Both the position numbers and the translations under genes were made by a program. The notes beneath the pieces were generated by a model. That model saw nothing but the letters and a program-made list of their open reading frames with translations, was not told where the DNA came from and ran no database searches. Of a DNA stretch of 64,000 nucleotides, positions 38,716-47,703 are shown one piece after another (position 1 is the first letter of the stretch; each line of letters opens with the position of its first letter). Origin of the DNA: Flavobacteriales bacterium (GTDB taxonomy: Bacteria; Bacteroidota; Bacteroidia; Flavobacteriales; UBA7430); assembly GCA_002692065.1 (NCBI GenBank), contig NZJX01000011.1, positions 786 to 64,785 of the forward strand, written 5' to 3'.

Positions 38716-39726
38716 ATGAAAAATATTTTAATAACAGGAGGTGCTGGTTTTATTGGATCTCATGTGTGTAGAAAATTTACTTTGAAATATCCAAAATATA
38801 ATATTTATAATCTTGATAATTTGTCATATGCTGGAAATCTTGATAATTTAAGAGATATAGAGAAGAAAAAAAATTATTATTTTATAAATGAAACTATTAC
38901 AAATATTTCAGCTTTAACTGATTTATTTTTAAAATATAATTTTGATAGTGTTATTCATTTAGCAGCTGAATCTCATGTTGATAGATCCATCCAAAATCCT
39001 TTTCTATTCGCTAAAACTAATATTTTAGGGACTATTAACTTAATTAATGTTGCTAATAAATGTTGGGAGGGGAACTTTGATGGAAAAATATTTTATCATA
39101 TTAGTACTGACGAAGTCTATGGTTCTCTAAAAAATGAAGGTTTATTTTCTGAACTATCTCCTTATGATCCAAAATCGCCCTATTCAGCCTCTAAGGCCAG
39201 TGCAGATCACTTTGTAAGAGCATATGGAAATACATATAAAATTCCTTATATAATTTCTAATTGTTCAAATAATTATGGTCCAAATCAACATCCTGAAAAA
39301 TTAATTCCATTATGTGTAACTAATATTTTGAATAAAAGTTCATTACCAATTTACGGTAATGGTGAAAATATTAGAGATTGGTTGTATGTTGAAGATCACG
39401 CTGATGCAATAGATTTAATTTTTCATAATGGAAAAATATTTGAAACATATAATATAGGTGGGTTAAACGAATGGAAAAATATTGACTTAGTTAAAGAAAT
39501 TTGTTCTCAAATGGATCAAAAACTTGGAAATAAAAATTACACAAGTCAAAAATTAATTAAATTTGTTAAAGACAGACCTGGTCACGATTTAAGATATGCA
39601 ATTGATTCTAATAAACTCAGAACATCTTTAGGGTGGTCGCCAAAATATAAATTTAAAGATGGGATATCTAAAACTATTGATTGGTACTTAAAAAATAATT
39701 TGTGGTTAAAAAAATATAATAAATGA
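38716..39726 (+). CDS. rfbB: dTDP-glucose 4,6-dehydratase
   Basis: [22 protein letters not shown]. Confidence 0.93.
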   Translation: MKNILITGGAGFIGSHVCRKFTLKYPKYNIYNLDNLSYAGNLDNLRDIEKKKNYYFINETITNISALTDLFLKYNFDSVIHLAAESHVDRSIQNPFLFAKTNILGTINLINVANKCWEGNFDGKIFYHISTDEVYGSLKNEGLFSELSPYDPKSPYSASKASADHFVRAYGNTYKIPYIISNCSNNYGPNQHPEKLIPLCVTNILNKSSLPIYGNGENIRDWLYVEDHADAIDLIFHNGKIFETYNIGGLNEWKNIDLVKEICSQMDQKLGNKNYTSQKLIKFVKDRPGHDLRYAIDSNKLRTSLGWSPKYKFKDGISKTIDWYLKNNLWLKKYNK

Positions 39727-40607
39727 AAGGAATTATTCTTGCTGGAGGAAGTGGCTCAAGGCTTTATCCAATTACAAAAAGTATATCAAAACAGTTGTTA
39801 CCAGTTTATGATAAACCTATGATATATTACCCCCTATCAATATTATTAAATGCAAAAATAAAAGAGATCCTCATAATTTCGACACCTCATGATTTACCAA
39901 ATTTTAAAAAACTTTTGGGAGATGGTAGTAAATTAGGAATAATCCTAAGTTATGCTGAACAACCGAATCCAGAAGGGCTTGCGCAAGCATTTATAATTGG
40001 TCAAAAGTTTATTGGTAATGACTCTGTATGTTTAGTTCTTGGTGATAATATATTTTATGGACAAGGACTTAATAAACTAATACTTAATGCAAAAAAAAAT
40101 GTTGAAATAAATAAAAAGTCTTCTATATTTGGCTATTATGTGAATGATCCAGAAAGATATGGTGTTGCAGAATTTGATAAAAATAATAAAGTTATATCTA
40201 TTGAAGAAAAACCTTCCAACCCAAAATCTAATTATGCAATAGTTGGCTTATACTTTTATACCAATGACGTAATTAAAGTGGCTAAAAATATAAAACCATC
40301 AAAAAGAGGTGAATTAGAAATAACTTCTGTCAATGAATATTTCCTTAAAAAAGGGAATCTGATTTTGGAAATTATGGATATAGGATTTGCTTGGCTTGAC
40401 ACAGGAACTTATGATTCACTAAATGAAGCAAGCAATTTTGTTCAAACTATTGAAAAAAGACAAGGATTAAAAATTGCATGTCTTGAAGAAATTGCATACA
40501 AGCATAATTTTATTAGCAAAGACCATGCTCTGAAGTTGGCAGAAAGTATGAATAAAACAACTTATGGTAAATATCTCAAAAATAGAATTTTGAAATGGAA
40601 TTTATAA
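39723..40607 (+). CDS. rfbA: Glucose-1-phosphate thymidylyltransferase
   Basis: [25 protein letters not shown]. Confidence 0.95.
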   Translation: MKGIILAGGSGSRLYPITKSISKQLLPVYDKPMIYYPLSILLNAKIKEILIISTPHDLPNFKKLLGDGSKLGIILSYAEQPNPEGLAQAFIIGQKFIGNDSVCLVLGDNIFYGQGLNKLILNAKKNVEINKKSSIFGYYVNDPERYGVAEFDKNNKVISIEEKPSNPKSNYAIVGLYFYTNDVIKVAKNIKPSKRGELEITSVNEYFLKKGNLILEIMDIGFAWLDTGTYDSLNEASNFVQTIEKRQGLKIACLEEIAYKHNFISKDHALKLAESMNKTTYGKYLKNRILKWNL

Positions 40608-41128
40608 AAACAGAAATTGAAGATTTAATTATTATAAAACCTTCTGTGTATAAAGATGGAAGAGGATATTTTATGGAAACATTTAAAGAGTCTATTTTCG
40701 AAGATAAATTCCCACACATAGATTTTATTCAAGATAATGAATCTGCATCTAAGTATGGAATTTTAAGAGGTCTTCATTTTCAAATAAATCCATTTTCACA
40801 AACTAAACTCGTAAGAGTATCATATGGTGAAGTTTTAGATGTTGCAGTAGATTTAAGAAAAAAATCTAAAACTTTTGGAAAATATTTTTCAATTAACTTA
40901 AACTCTAATAATAAACTTCAACTTTTAATCCCCAGAGGATTTGCTCATGGTTACGTTGTTTTAAGTAACTATGCAGTATTTAACTATAAAGTTGACTCAA
41001 TTTACAGTCCAAAACATGAAAAAGGGATTATATGGAATGATCCTAATATTAATATCGACTGGAAAATTCCAATTGATGAAATTAAATTGTCAAAAAAAGA
41101 TAAAACCTTTAAAAATTTTAATTTTTAG
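40595..41128 (+). CDS. rfbC: dTDP-4-dehydrorhamnose 3,5-epimerase
   Basis: DGRGYF, RGLHFQ, GFAHGY. Confidence 0.93.
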   Translation: MEFIKTEIEDLIIIKPSVYKDGRGYFMETFKESIFEDKFPHIDFIQDNESASKYGILRGLHFQINPFSQTKLVRVSYGEVLDVAVDLRKKSKTFGKYFSINLNSNNKLQLLIPRGFAHGYVVLSNYAVFNYKVDSIYSPKHEKGIIWNDPNINIDWKIPIDEIKLSKKDKTFKNFNF

Positions 41129-41130
41129 AA

Positions 41131-41988
41131 ATGAATATTTTAGTAACAGGGAAGTCTGGACAACTTGGAGTTGAAATTGAAAAAATACATACAAATTATT
41201 CTAAACATAATTTTATATTTAAAGATAAAATAGAACTTGATATTACGAATTTCAATAATTTAAATGAATTTTTTAAAAATAATGATATTAAATTAATAAT
41301 TAATTGTGCAGCTTATACTGACGTCAATGGTGCAGAAATTGAAAAAAAAATTGCCAATAAAGTAAATAATTTAGGTGTAGAAAATTTGAGCTTAATTTGT
41401 AAAAATTTTAATTGTAAAATTATACATATTTCTACTGATTATGTTTTTGATGGTCTCAAAAATCAACCTTACAAAGAAACTGACTTAACTAATCCAATAA
41501 ACTATTACGGGTTTTCAAAGCTTGAGGGAGAAAAAAAAATTCTAAAATCTAATATTAATGCATTAATTATTAGGACTTCTTGGCTTTATTCTAGTAATAA
41601 AAATAATTTTTTTTCAAATATTATTAAAAAAGCTGAATCGATGGATAAAATAAATGTAGTGAATGACCAAATTGGTTCTCCTACTTCAGCGCACGAATTG
41701 GCTAAAATTTGTATATACTTATCGACAGCTAATTTTAAGTGGGGAGGCGGGCCTAAAATATATAACTTCTCAAATGAAGGAATGTGTAGTTGGTACGAGT
41801 TTGCTAAAGCTATTATCCTACTAAAAAAAATTCCTTGTAATATTATACCAATTAAATCAAACAAAATTAAAAATAATATTATTCGCCCTAAATATTCTGT
41901 TTTAGATAAAAGTAAAATTAAACAGGACTTTAATATTAGTCCAAATAATTGGTATGATTCTCTAAAATTAGAAATTATTAGAAAATAA
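41131..41988 (+). CDS. rfbD: dTDP-4-dehydrorhamnose reductase
   Basis: ILVTGKSGQLG, STDYVFDG, YGFSKLEGE. Confidence 0.9.
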   Translation: MNILVTGKSGQLGVEIEKIHTNYSKHNFIFKDKIELDITNFNNLNEFFKNNDIKLIINCAAYTDVNGAEIEKKIANKVNNLGVENLSLICKNFNCKIIHISTDYVFDGLKNQPYKETDLTNPINYYGFSKLEGEKKILKSNINALIIRTSWLYSSNKNNFFSNIIKKAESMDKINVVNDQIGSPTSAHELAKICIYLSTANFKWGGGPKIYNFSNEGMCSWYEFAKAIILLKKIPCNIIPIKSNKIKNNIIRPKYSVLDKSKIKQDFNISPNNWYDSLKLEIIRK

Positions 41989-42012
41989 TTTCATAATTTG
42001 ATCATACTCACT

Positions 42013-42020
42013 TATTTTTG
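42013..42020 (+). promoter_or_regulatory. -7 promoter box TATTTTTG ahead of the DUF2061-cys-kds block
   Basis: Exact TAnnTTTG 19 nt upstream of ATG 42040. Confidence 0.4.
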
Positions 42021-42039
42021 CTGGCTTAATAATTAATTT

Positions 42040-42456
42040 ATGATTAGGTTTAATAAAAGACACATTGTTAAATCTTTTAGTTGGAGGTTTATTGCATTTT
42101 TTGATACCCTTTTGTTATCCTCTTTTTTTTCTGGGAATATAAATTTTGCGAGTAAAATTGTTTTATTTGAATTTTTTTCTAAAATTATAATATATTATTT
42201 TCATGAAAGAATTTGGTATAAATCAAATTTTAAAAATAAAAAATCACGTCATTTAATTAAAACTTTTACTTGGCGAATTTTAGGATCAATTGATACTTTT
42301 ATAATTGGAACTTTAATTATAGGTGATAGTATTATTGCCCTCAGTATTAGTAGTTTTGAAATATTTTCTAAGCTTATATTATACTATATTCATGAAAAAA
42401 TTTGGTATAAATCAAATTTTGGTTTAGATAAAAGAAAAGATGAAATTAAATATTAA
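42040..42456 (+). CDS. DUF2061-like small membrane protein, internally duplicated
   Basis: Two 58-aa halves offset by 63 codons, about 28/58 identical. Each ends FSK(I/L)I(I/L)YY(F/I)HE(R/K)IWYKSNF. A 21-nt identical DNA stretch occurs at 42211 and 42400. The gene overlaps the cysC start by 17 nt. Confidence 0.75.
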   Translation: MIRFNKRHIVKSFSWRFIAFFDTLLLSSFFSGNINFASKIVLFEFFSKIIIYYFHERIWYKSNFKNKKSRHLIKTFTWRILGSIDTFIIGTLIIGDSIIALSISSFEIFSKLILYYIHEKIWYKSNFGLDKRKDEIKY

Positions 42457-43033
42457 AAATTTTCAATTTACAATAACTAAGTCTGACAGGGAACTTTTAA
42501 CGAATCATAAATCTCACCTACTTTGGCTTACGGGGTTATCTGGTTCTGGTAAGTCGACATTAGCTAATTTGGTTGAAATTGAGCTGAATAAACGAAATAT
42601 ATTAACTTATATAATTGATGGGGATAATATAAGACAGGGTATTAATTCAGACTTAAATTTTGAAATACAAGATAGAGTTGAAAATATCCGTCGTATATCC
42701 GAACTATCTAAATTGCTAGTCGATGCAGGGATATTTGTTATTGCTTGTTTTATTTCACCATTTTCCAAAGATCGATTAGCTGTAAAAAATAAACTTGGAC
42801 AAGAAAACTTTTCTGAAATATATATTAATGCCTCAATAGAATCTTGTGAGATAAGAGATGTAAAAGGATTATATAAAAAAGCTAGAAAAGGAGAAATCAA
42901 AAATTTCACAGGTATATCCTCTCCATACGAAACTCCAATAAATCCAGACTTAGAAATTAAAACTGATCGACTTCCAATTAAAAAATGTTCAGAATTAATT
43001 ATTAATTTTATAACCTCTAATATTTTAAAATGA
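42440..43033 (+). CDS. cysC: Adenylyl-sulfate (APS) kinase
   Basis: P-loop LTGLSGSGKSTLAN, LDGDNIR-like IIDGDNIRQG. Confidence 0.93.
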   Translation: MKLNIKNFQFTITKSDRELLTNHKSHLLWLTGLSGSGKSTLANLVEIELNKRNILTYIIDGDNIRQGINSDLNFEIQDRVENIRRISELSKLLVDAGIFVIACFISPFSKDRLAVKNKLGQENFSEIYINASIESCEIRDVKGLYKKARKGEIKNFTGISSPYETPINPDLEIKTDRLPIKKCSELIINFITSNILK

Positions 43034-43935
43034 ATACTAATTATTTTGATCATTTAAGTGAACTTGAATCTGAGGCAATATTTGTTATAAGAGAAGTTTA
43101 CTCTGAATTTGAAAATCCTGTAATTCTTTTTTCTGGAGGGAAAGATTCTATACTTCTTACCCACCTGGCTAAAAAGGCATTTTACCCTGCTAAGATTCCC
43201 TTTCCTCTTGTACATATTGACACAGGTCATAATTTCCCTGAAACAATTAATTTTAGAGATAGTCTTGTTAATAAATTTAATCTCAATTTAATAATTGGGG
43301 ATGTTCAAAAGTCAATTGATGAAGGTATAGTAAAAGAAGAAAATGGTATTAATGCTTCAAGAAATTATTTGCAAATTTCATCCTTAATAGAAACTATTGA
43401 AAAAAATAATATTGATGGTGCCATGGGAGGGGGAAGAAGAGATGAGGAAAAATCAAGAGCTAAAGAAAGATTTTTTTCTCACAGAAATGAATTTAGTCAA
43501 TGGGACCCAAAAAATCAAAGACCTGAGCTTTGGAATCTATTTAATGGTAAAAAAAATTTTGGTGAACATTTTAGAATATTTCCTATATCAAACTGGACGG
43601 AACTAGATGTTTGGAGGTATTTAAAAAAAGAAAAAATAAATTTACCCTCACTCTATTTTTCTCACAAAAGAAAATGTGTAGTAAGAAAAAATACGATCTT
43701 ATCCTACTCTAAATTTATTACTTTGAGTATTAATGAAAAAATCATTGAAAAAGAAATTAGATTTAGAACATGCGGAGATATGACTATAACAGGAGCTGTA
43801 GAGTCAAAAGCAACAAATTATGATGAGATTATTAAGGAAATTTCAATGTCAAAATATACTGAAAGAGGAAATAGAGCAGATGATAAAAGAGGAGATTCAG
43901 CGATGGAAGATAGAAAAAAAGAAGGTTATTTTTAG
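43030..43935 (+). CDS. cysD: Sulfate adenylyltransferase subunit 2
   Basis: PP-loop FSGGKDS, 301 aa. ATGA overlap with cysC. Confidence 0.93.
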   Translation: MNTNYFDHLSELESEAIFVIREVYSEFENPVILFSGGKDSILLTHLAKKAFYPAKIPFPLVHIDTGHNFPETINFRDSLVNKFNLNLIIGDVQKSIDEGIVKEENGINASRNYLQISSLIETIEKNNIDGAMGGGRRDEEKSRAKERFFSHRNEFSQWDPKNQRPELWNLFNGKKNFGEHFRIFPISNWTELDVWRYLKKEKINLPSLYFSHKRKCVVRKNTILSYSKFITLSINEKIIEKEIRFRTCGDMTITGAVESKATNYDEIIKEISMSKYTERGNRADDKRGDSAMEDRKKEGYF

Positions 43936-43943
43936 AAAACCAT

Positions 43944-45200
43944 ATGATGAATAAGAATACCAAAATTTTGCGTTTTACTACTGTTGGAAGTGTTGATGAT
44001 GGGAAAAGCACTCTAATTGGAAGATTATTATTAGATAGTAAATCAACTTTTGATGATCAATTAAACTCAATTGAAAAATCAAGTAGAAAAAAAGGCTTTG
44101 ATAATATTGATTTATCCTTTTTAACAGATGGACTAAAATCAGAAAGAGAACAAGGAATCACAATTGATGTTGCCTACCGATATTTTTCTACAAAAAAAAG
44201 AAAATTTATAGTTGCTGATACTCCTGGACATATACAGTACACTCGGAATATGGTAACAGGTGCATCTACTGCTAATTTAGCCTTAATCATAATTGACATA
44301 ACCAAAGGAATTTCAGAACAAACCCTCCGTCATACATATATATCTTCACTTTTAGGGATTAGTCATGCTATTATTTGTATTAATAAAATGGATTTAGTTG
44401 ACTATGACCAAAAGGCTTTTTTTAGTATTGTAGAAAATTTTAAAAAAATTCAATCAAAAATTAAAATAAATAATATAGAATTTGTTCCAATTTCAGCTTT
44501 AATCGGTGAAAATATAATTAAAAAATCCTCTAAAATGAAATGGTATAAAGGAAAAGCTTTAATTCAATATTTAGAAGATATAGAAATATCCTATACCGAT
44601 AATTATACTTATCCAAGATTTCCAATTCAGTGTGCAATTAGACCACAAACATTTAAAAATGATAATTTTAGAGGCTTTGCTGGAAGAATTGAAGGTGGTA
44701 TTTTTAAACCAAATGACAAAATTAAAATTTTACCATCAGGGCATACTTCAAAAATTAAAGATATTCAATTTGATGGAAAGATATTAAATGAAGCTTTTTC
44801 TCCAATGTCAGTTGTAATGACCATTGAGGATAGTATTGATATTGGACGAGGAGACATGATTGTTAAAGAAGATAGTCTTCCTATTGTTACAAAAGAAATA
44901 GACTTGATTGTAACTTGGATGAGTTCAAGTCCTCTTGAAAATAAAAAAAAGGTAATTATAAAACATACAACTAGAGAAACTATGGCAATAATTTACTCAA
45001 TCAGTTATAAAATTAACATAGATAACTTTGAAAATATTGAAAATATAAAATTTTTAAAAATGAATGATATTGGCAAAATTTCAATTAAAACATCTAGTCC
45101 AATAAACATTGATAAATACGAAAATAATAGAAATACCGGCTCTTTAATTATTATTGATATTAATACGAATGAAACAATAGGTGCTGGTATAATTATATAA
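43944..45200 (+). CDS. cysN: Sulfate adenylyltransferase subunit 1 (GTPase)
   Basis: GSVDDGKST, DTPGH, NKMD. No fused APS-kinase domain. Confidence 0.93.
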   Translation: MMNKNTKILRFTTVGSVDDGKSTLIGRLLLDSKSTFDDQLNSIEKSSRKKGFDNIDLSFLTDGLKSEREQGITIDVAYRYFSTKKRKFIVADTPGHIQYTRNMVTGASTANLALIIIDITKGISEQTLRHTYISSLLGISHAIICINKMDLVDYDQKAFFSIVENFKKIQSKIKINNIEFVPISALIGENIIKKSSKMKWYKGKALIQYLEDIEISYTDNYTYPRFPIQCAIRPQTFKNDNFRGFAGRIEGGIFKPNDKIKILPSGHTSKIKDIQFDGKILNEAFSPMSVVMTIEDSIDIGRGDMIVKEDSLPIVTKEIDLIVTWMSSSPLENKKKVIIKHTTRETMAIIYSISYKINIDNFENIENIKFLKMNDIGKISIKTSSPINIDKYENNRNTGSLIIIDINTNETIGAGIII

Positions 45201-45203
45201 TCT

Positions 45204-46034
45204 ATGAAAGAAGAGCTAAATATTGCAATTAGGTCGGCTATTAATGCAGGATTTGAAATTTTAAAAATATATAATAGTAATAATTTTAATGTTAAGTATA
45301 AAAAAGATAGAAGTCCTGTTACTTTAGCTGATGAACTCTCTAATAAAATAATTTGCAAATATCTAATCAAAACCGGTATTCCTATATTGTCTGAAGAAAA
45401 TGATCAAGTATCATATGATTTCAGAAAGAAATGGGAAAAATTGTGGTTAATTGATCCCCTTGATGGCACTAAGGAATTTATTAAAAAAAATGGAGAATTT
45501 GCTGTAAATATTGCATTAATAGTAAATAAAACTCCAAAATTAGGAGTAATATTTATACCTGTGACCAGTGAATTATATTTTTCTTCACCAGAATATGGAT
45601 CACTTAAATCACATATTAAATCTAAAAATTCATCATTATCATCTATCTTAAAAAAGTCTATTAAACTTCCTATTGAAAAAAATCCCAGTGAAACTTTTAA
45701 AATTACTGTAAGTAGATCTCATAAATCTGTTTTTTTCGAGAAATTTTTATTGCAATCAAAAAAAAAATATTCTAAAGTTTCGATTTTAAATAAAGGTAGT
45801 TCTATAAAACTATGTATAGTTGCAGAGGGAAAGGCAGACTGTTATCCTAGATTTTCACCATCAATGGAGTGGGATACCGCTGCTGGACAAGCAATATGTT
45901 TTAATGCAGGATATGATTTGATTGATTTAGTAACAAAAAAAAATATGGTATATAATAGAATTAATCTTACAAACAATTTTTTTTTAGTAAAAAAAAATAA
46001 TTTGAGATTAATTAATTCTAAGCCCATTAAATAA
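45204..46034 (+). CDS. cysQ: 3'(2'),5'-bisphosphate nucleotidase (PAP phosphatase)
   Basis: Inositol-monophosphatase fold motifs LSEE, WLIDPLDGTKEF, WDTAAGQA. Confidence 0.88.
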   Translation: MKEELNIAIRSAINAGFEILKIYNSNNFNVKYKKDRSPVTLADELSNKIICKYLIKTGIPILSEENDQVSYDFRKKWEKLWLIDPLDGTKEFIKKNGEFAVNIALIVNKTPKLGVIFIPVTSELYFSSPEYGSLKSHIKSKNSSLSSILKKSIKLPIEKNPSETFKITVSRSHKSVFFEKFLLQSKKKYSKVSILNKGSSIKLCIVAEGKADCYPRFSPSMEWDTAAGQAICFNAGYDLIDLVTKKNMVYNRINLTNNFFLVKKNNLRLINSKPIK

Positions 46035-46789
46035 TGAAAAGTTGTATTATAATCCCCGCAAGATTAAATTCCAATCGTCTACCAGGTAAATTACTTTTAA
46101 AAATTAACAACCTATCTTTAATTGAAAATGTTTATAATAACTGCTGCAAAACAAAAAATACCGATGTATATATTGCCACAGACAATCTAAAGATTAAAAG
46201 AGAGTGTTTAAAATTTACTGAAAATATAATTATAACAAATAGTCTGCATAATTCAGGGACTGACAGAGTTGCTGAAGCAGCAGAAAAACTGAAAATTTAT
46301 GAAACTATTATCAATGTTCAAGGTGACGAATTATCAGTATCAAATAAACATATTTTAATGTTAATAAAAGCTCTGAAAGATAATGCTTCAACAATGGTGT
46401 CATTAATGACTAATTTAAGAGAGACAGAAATTGATAATCCTAACTCTGTAAAGGTGATTTTTGATAAATTAAATTATGCTCTAAACTTCAAAAGAAAAAT
46501 TAGTGAAAGTGAAGCACAATTATTAAGCCAAAATAACCGTTCTAATATATTTATAAATAAACATATAGGAGTTTATGGATTTAATATTAAAAATCTCATA
46601 AGATTTAAAAAATTGAATATAGCAGTTAGAGAGAAAAAAGAAAAATTAGAACAACTTAGAGCGATAGAGAACAATATTCCAATAAAAATGTTTTTTGTTA
46701 ATTTAGCAAAGCATAATTTTAGCATTAACGATAGATCTGATTATTTAAAAGCAAAAAAATATTTTGAAAAAAATTTTAAAATTAACTGA
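46034..46789 (+). CDS. kdsB: 3-deoxy-manno-octulosonate cytidylyltransferase (CMP-Kdo synthetase family)
   Basis: IIIPARLNSNRLPGK, HNSGTDRVAEA, NVQGDE. Confidence 0.85.
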   Translation: MKSCIIIPARLNSNRLPGKLLLKINNLSLIENVYNNCCKTKNTDVYIATDNLKIKRECLKFTENIIITNSLHNSGTDRVAEAAEKLKIYETIINVQGDELSVSNKHILMLIKALKDNASTMVSLMTNLRETEIDNPNSVKVIFDKLNYALNFKRKISESEAQLLSQNNRSNIFINKHIGVYGFNIKNLIRFKKLNIAVREKKEKLEQLRAIENNIPIKMFFVNLAKHNFSINDRSDYLKAKKYFEKNFKIN

Positions 46790-47579
46790 AAATCCTTCTA
46801 AAAACTTTTTTTTAATAGCTGGACCATGCCTAATTGAGGATGAACTTTCAACATTTAAAATAGGTGAAACTCTAAAAAAAATATGTGATAATTTAGATAT
46901 TCCATTAATACTTAAAGGCAGTTTTTTTAAAGCTAATAGAACTAAAATTTCAAGTTTTTCTGGTATTGGAGATTTAAAAGCTTTGAAAATTCTAAATAAA
47001 GTTGGTAAAAATTTAAATATTCCAACTCTAACTGATGTTCATGAAACTAGTGATATGAAATTTGTCCCTGAATATGTAGATATTATTCAAATACCAGCCT
47101 TTTTATGTAGGCAAACAAAACTAATTCAATCAGCAGCTGAAACCAATAAAATAATTAATATTAAAAAAGGCCAATTTATGAGTTCTGAAAGTATTAAATT
47201 CGCTATTGAAAAAGTCTTAAAGTCAGGGAATAAAAATGTAATGGTTACAGAAAGAGGAACATTATTTGGTTATAACGATCTTATTGTTGATTTTAGAGGT
47301 ATAAATGTAATGAAAAAACTTGCTCCAACAATTATAGATATTACTCATTCAATCCAAAAACCCAATCAATTAGATGGAATAACTTCGGGTGACCCAGAGT
47401 CTATTGAAACTATAGCAAAGGCTGGCATTGTAGCTGGGGTTGATGGTATATTTTGTGAAACACATTATGATTTAAAAAAAGCTAAAAGTGATAGGTCAAG
47501 TATGTTAAATTTAAATAAAATTGAAAAAATGCTAATTAATTTAACTAAAATTCGTCAATGTATTAATAAATTAAATTAG
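46764..47579 (+). CDS. kdsA: 3-deoxy-8-phosphooctulonate (Kdo8P) synthase
   Basis: FLIAGPCLIE, KGSFFKANRT, DITHSIQ. TTG start overlapping kdsB by 26 nt. Confidence 0.88.
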   Translation: MKKILKLTENPSKNFFLIAGPCLIEDELSTFKIGETLKKICDNLDIPLILKGSFFKANRTKISSFSGIGDLKALKILNKVGKNLNIPTLTDVHETSDMKFVPEYVDIIQIPAFLCRQTKLIQSAAETNKIINIKKGQFMSSESIKFAIEKVLKSGNKNVMVTERGTLFGYNDLIVDFRGINVMKKLAPTIIDITHSIQKPNQLDGITSGDPESIETIAKAGIVAGVDGIFCETHYDLKKAKSDRSSMLNLNKIEKMLINLTKIRQCINKLN

Positions 47580-47583
47580 ACTT

Positions 47584-47703
47584 ATGAAAATTACAGTAAT
47601 TGACTTTGGTTATGTCGTAGTTTCAGAAACATCTTTTTCTTAAATATGAAATGAAGTTACAATAATAGATAATATCAATCAGAAAATTAAAAAATGTAAA
47701 AAA
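47584..47703 (+). pseudogene. Decayed N-terminal relic (40 codons) of a UDP-glucose 6-dehydrogenase gene
   Basis: The relic reads MKITVIDFGYVVVSETSFS*I*NEVTIIDNINQKIKKCKK. It aligns codon-for-codon with one gap to the intact ugd at 50911 ([41 protein letters not shown]), about 19/40 identical. Two in-frame stops (TAA, TGA) sit where ugd has GAA and GGA. Confidence 0.7.

Noticed and set aside
42607-43053. 148-aa minus-strand ORF antisense to cysC
   Set aside because: It is a shadow ORF inside a gene with clear P-loop kinase motifs. It has no motifs of its own and no promoter or start context.
45005-45370. 121-aa minus-strand ORF spanning the cysN/cysQ junction
   Set aside because: It is antisense to two well-supported, tightly coupled genes. 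Its hydrophobic low-complexity translation is typical of AT-rich antisense frames.
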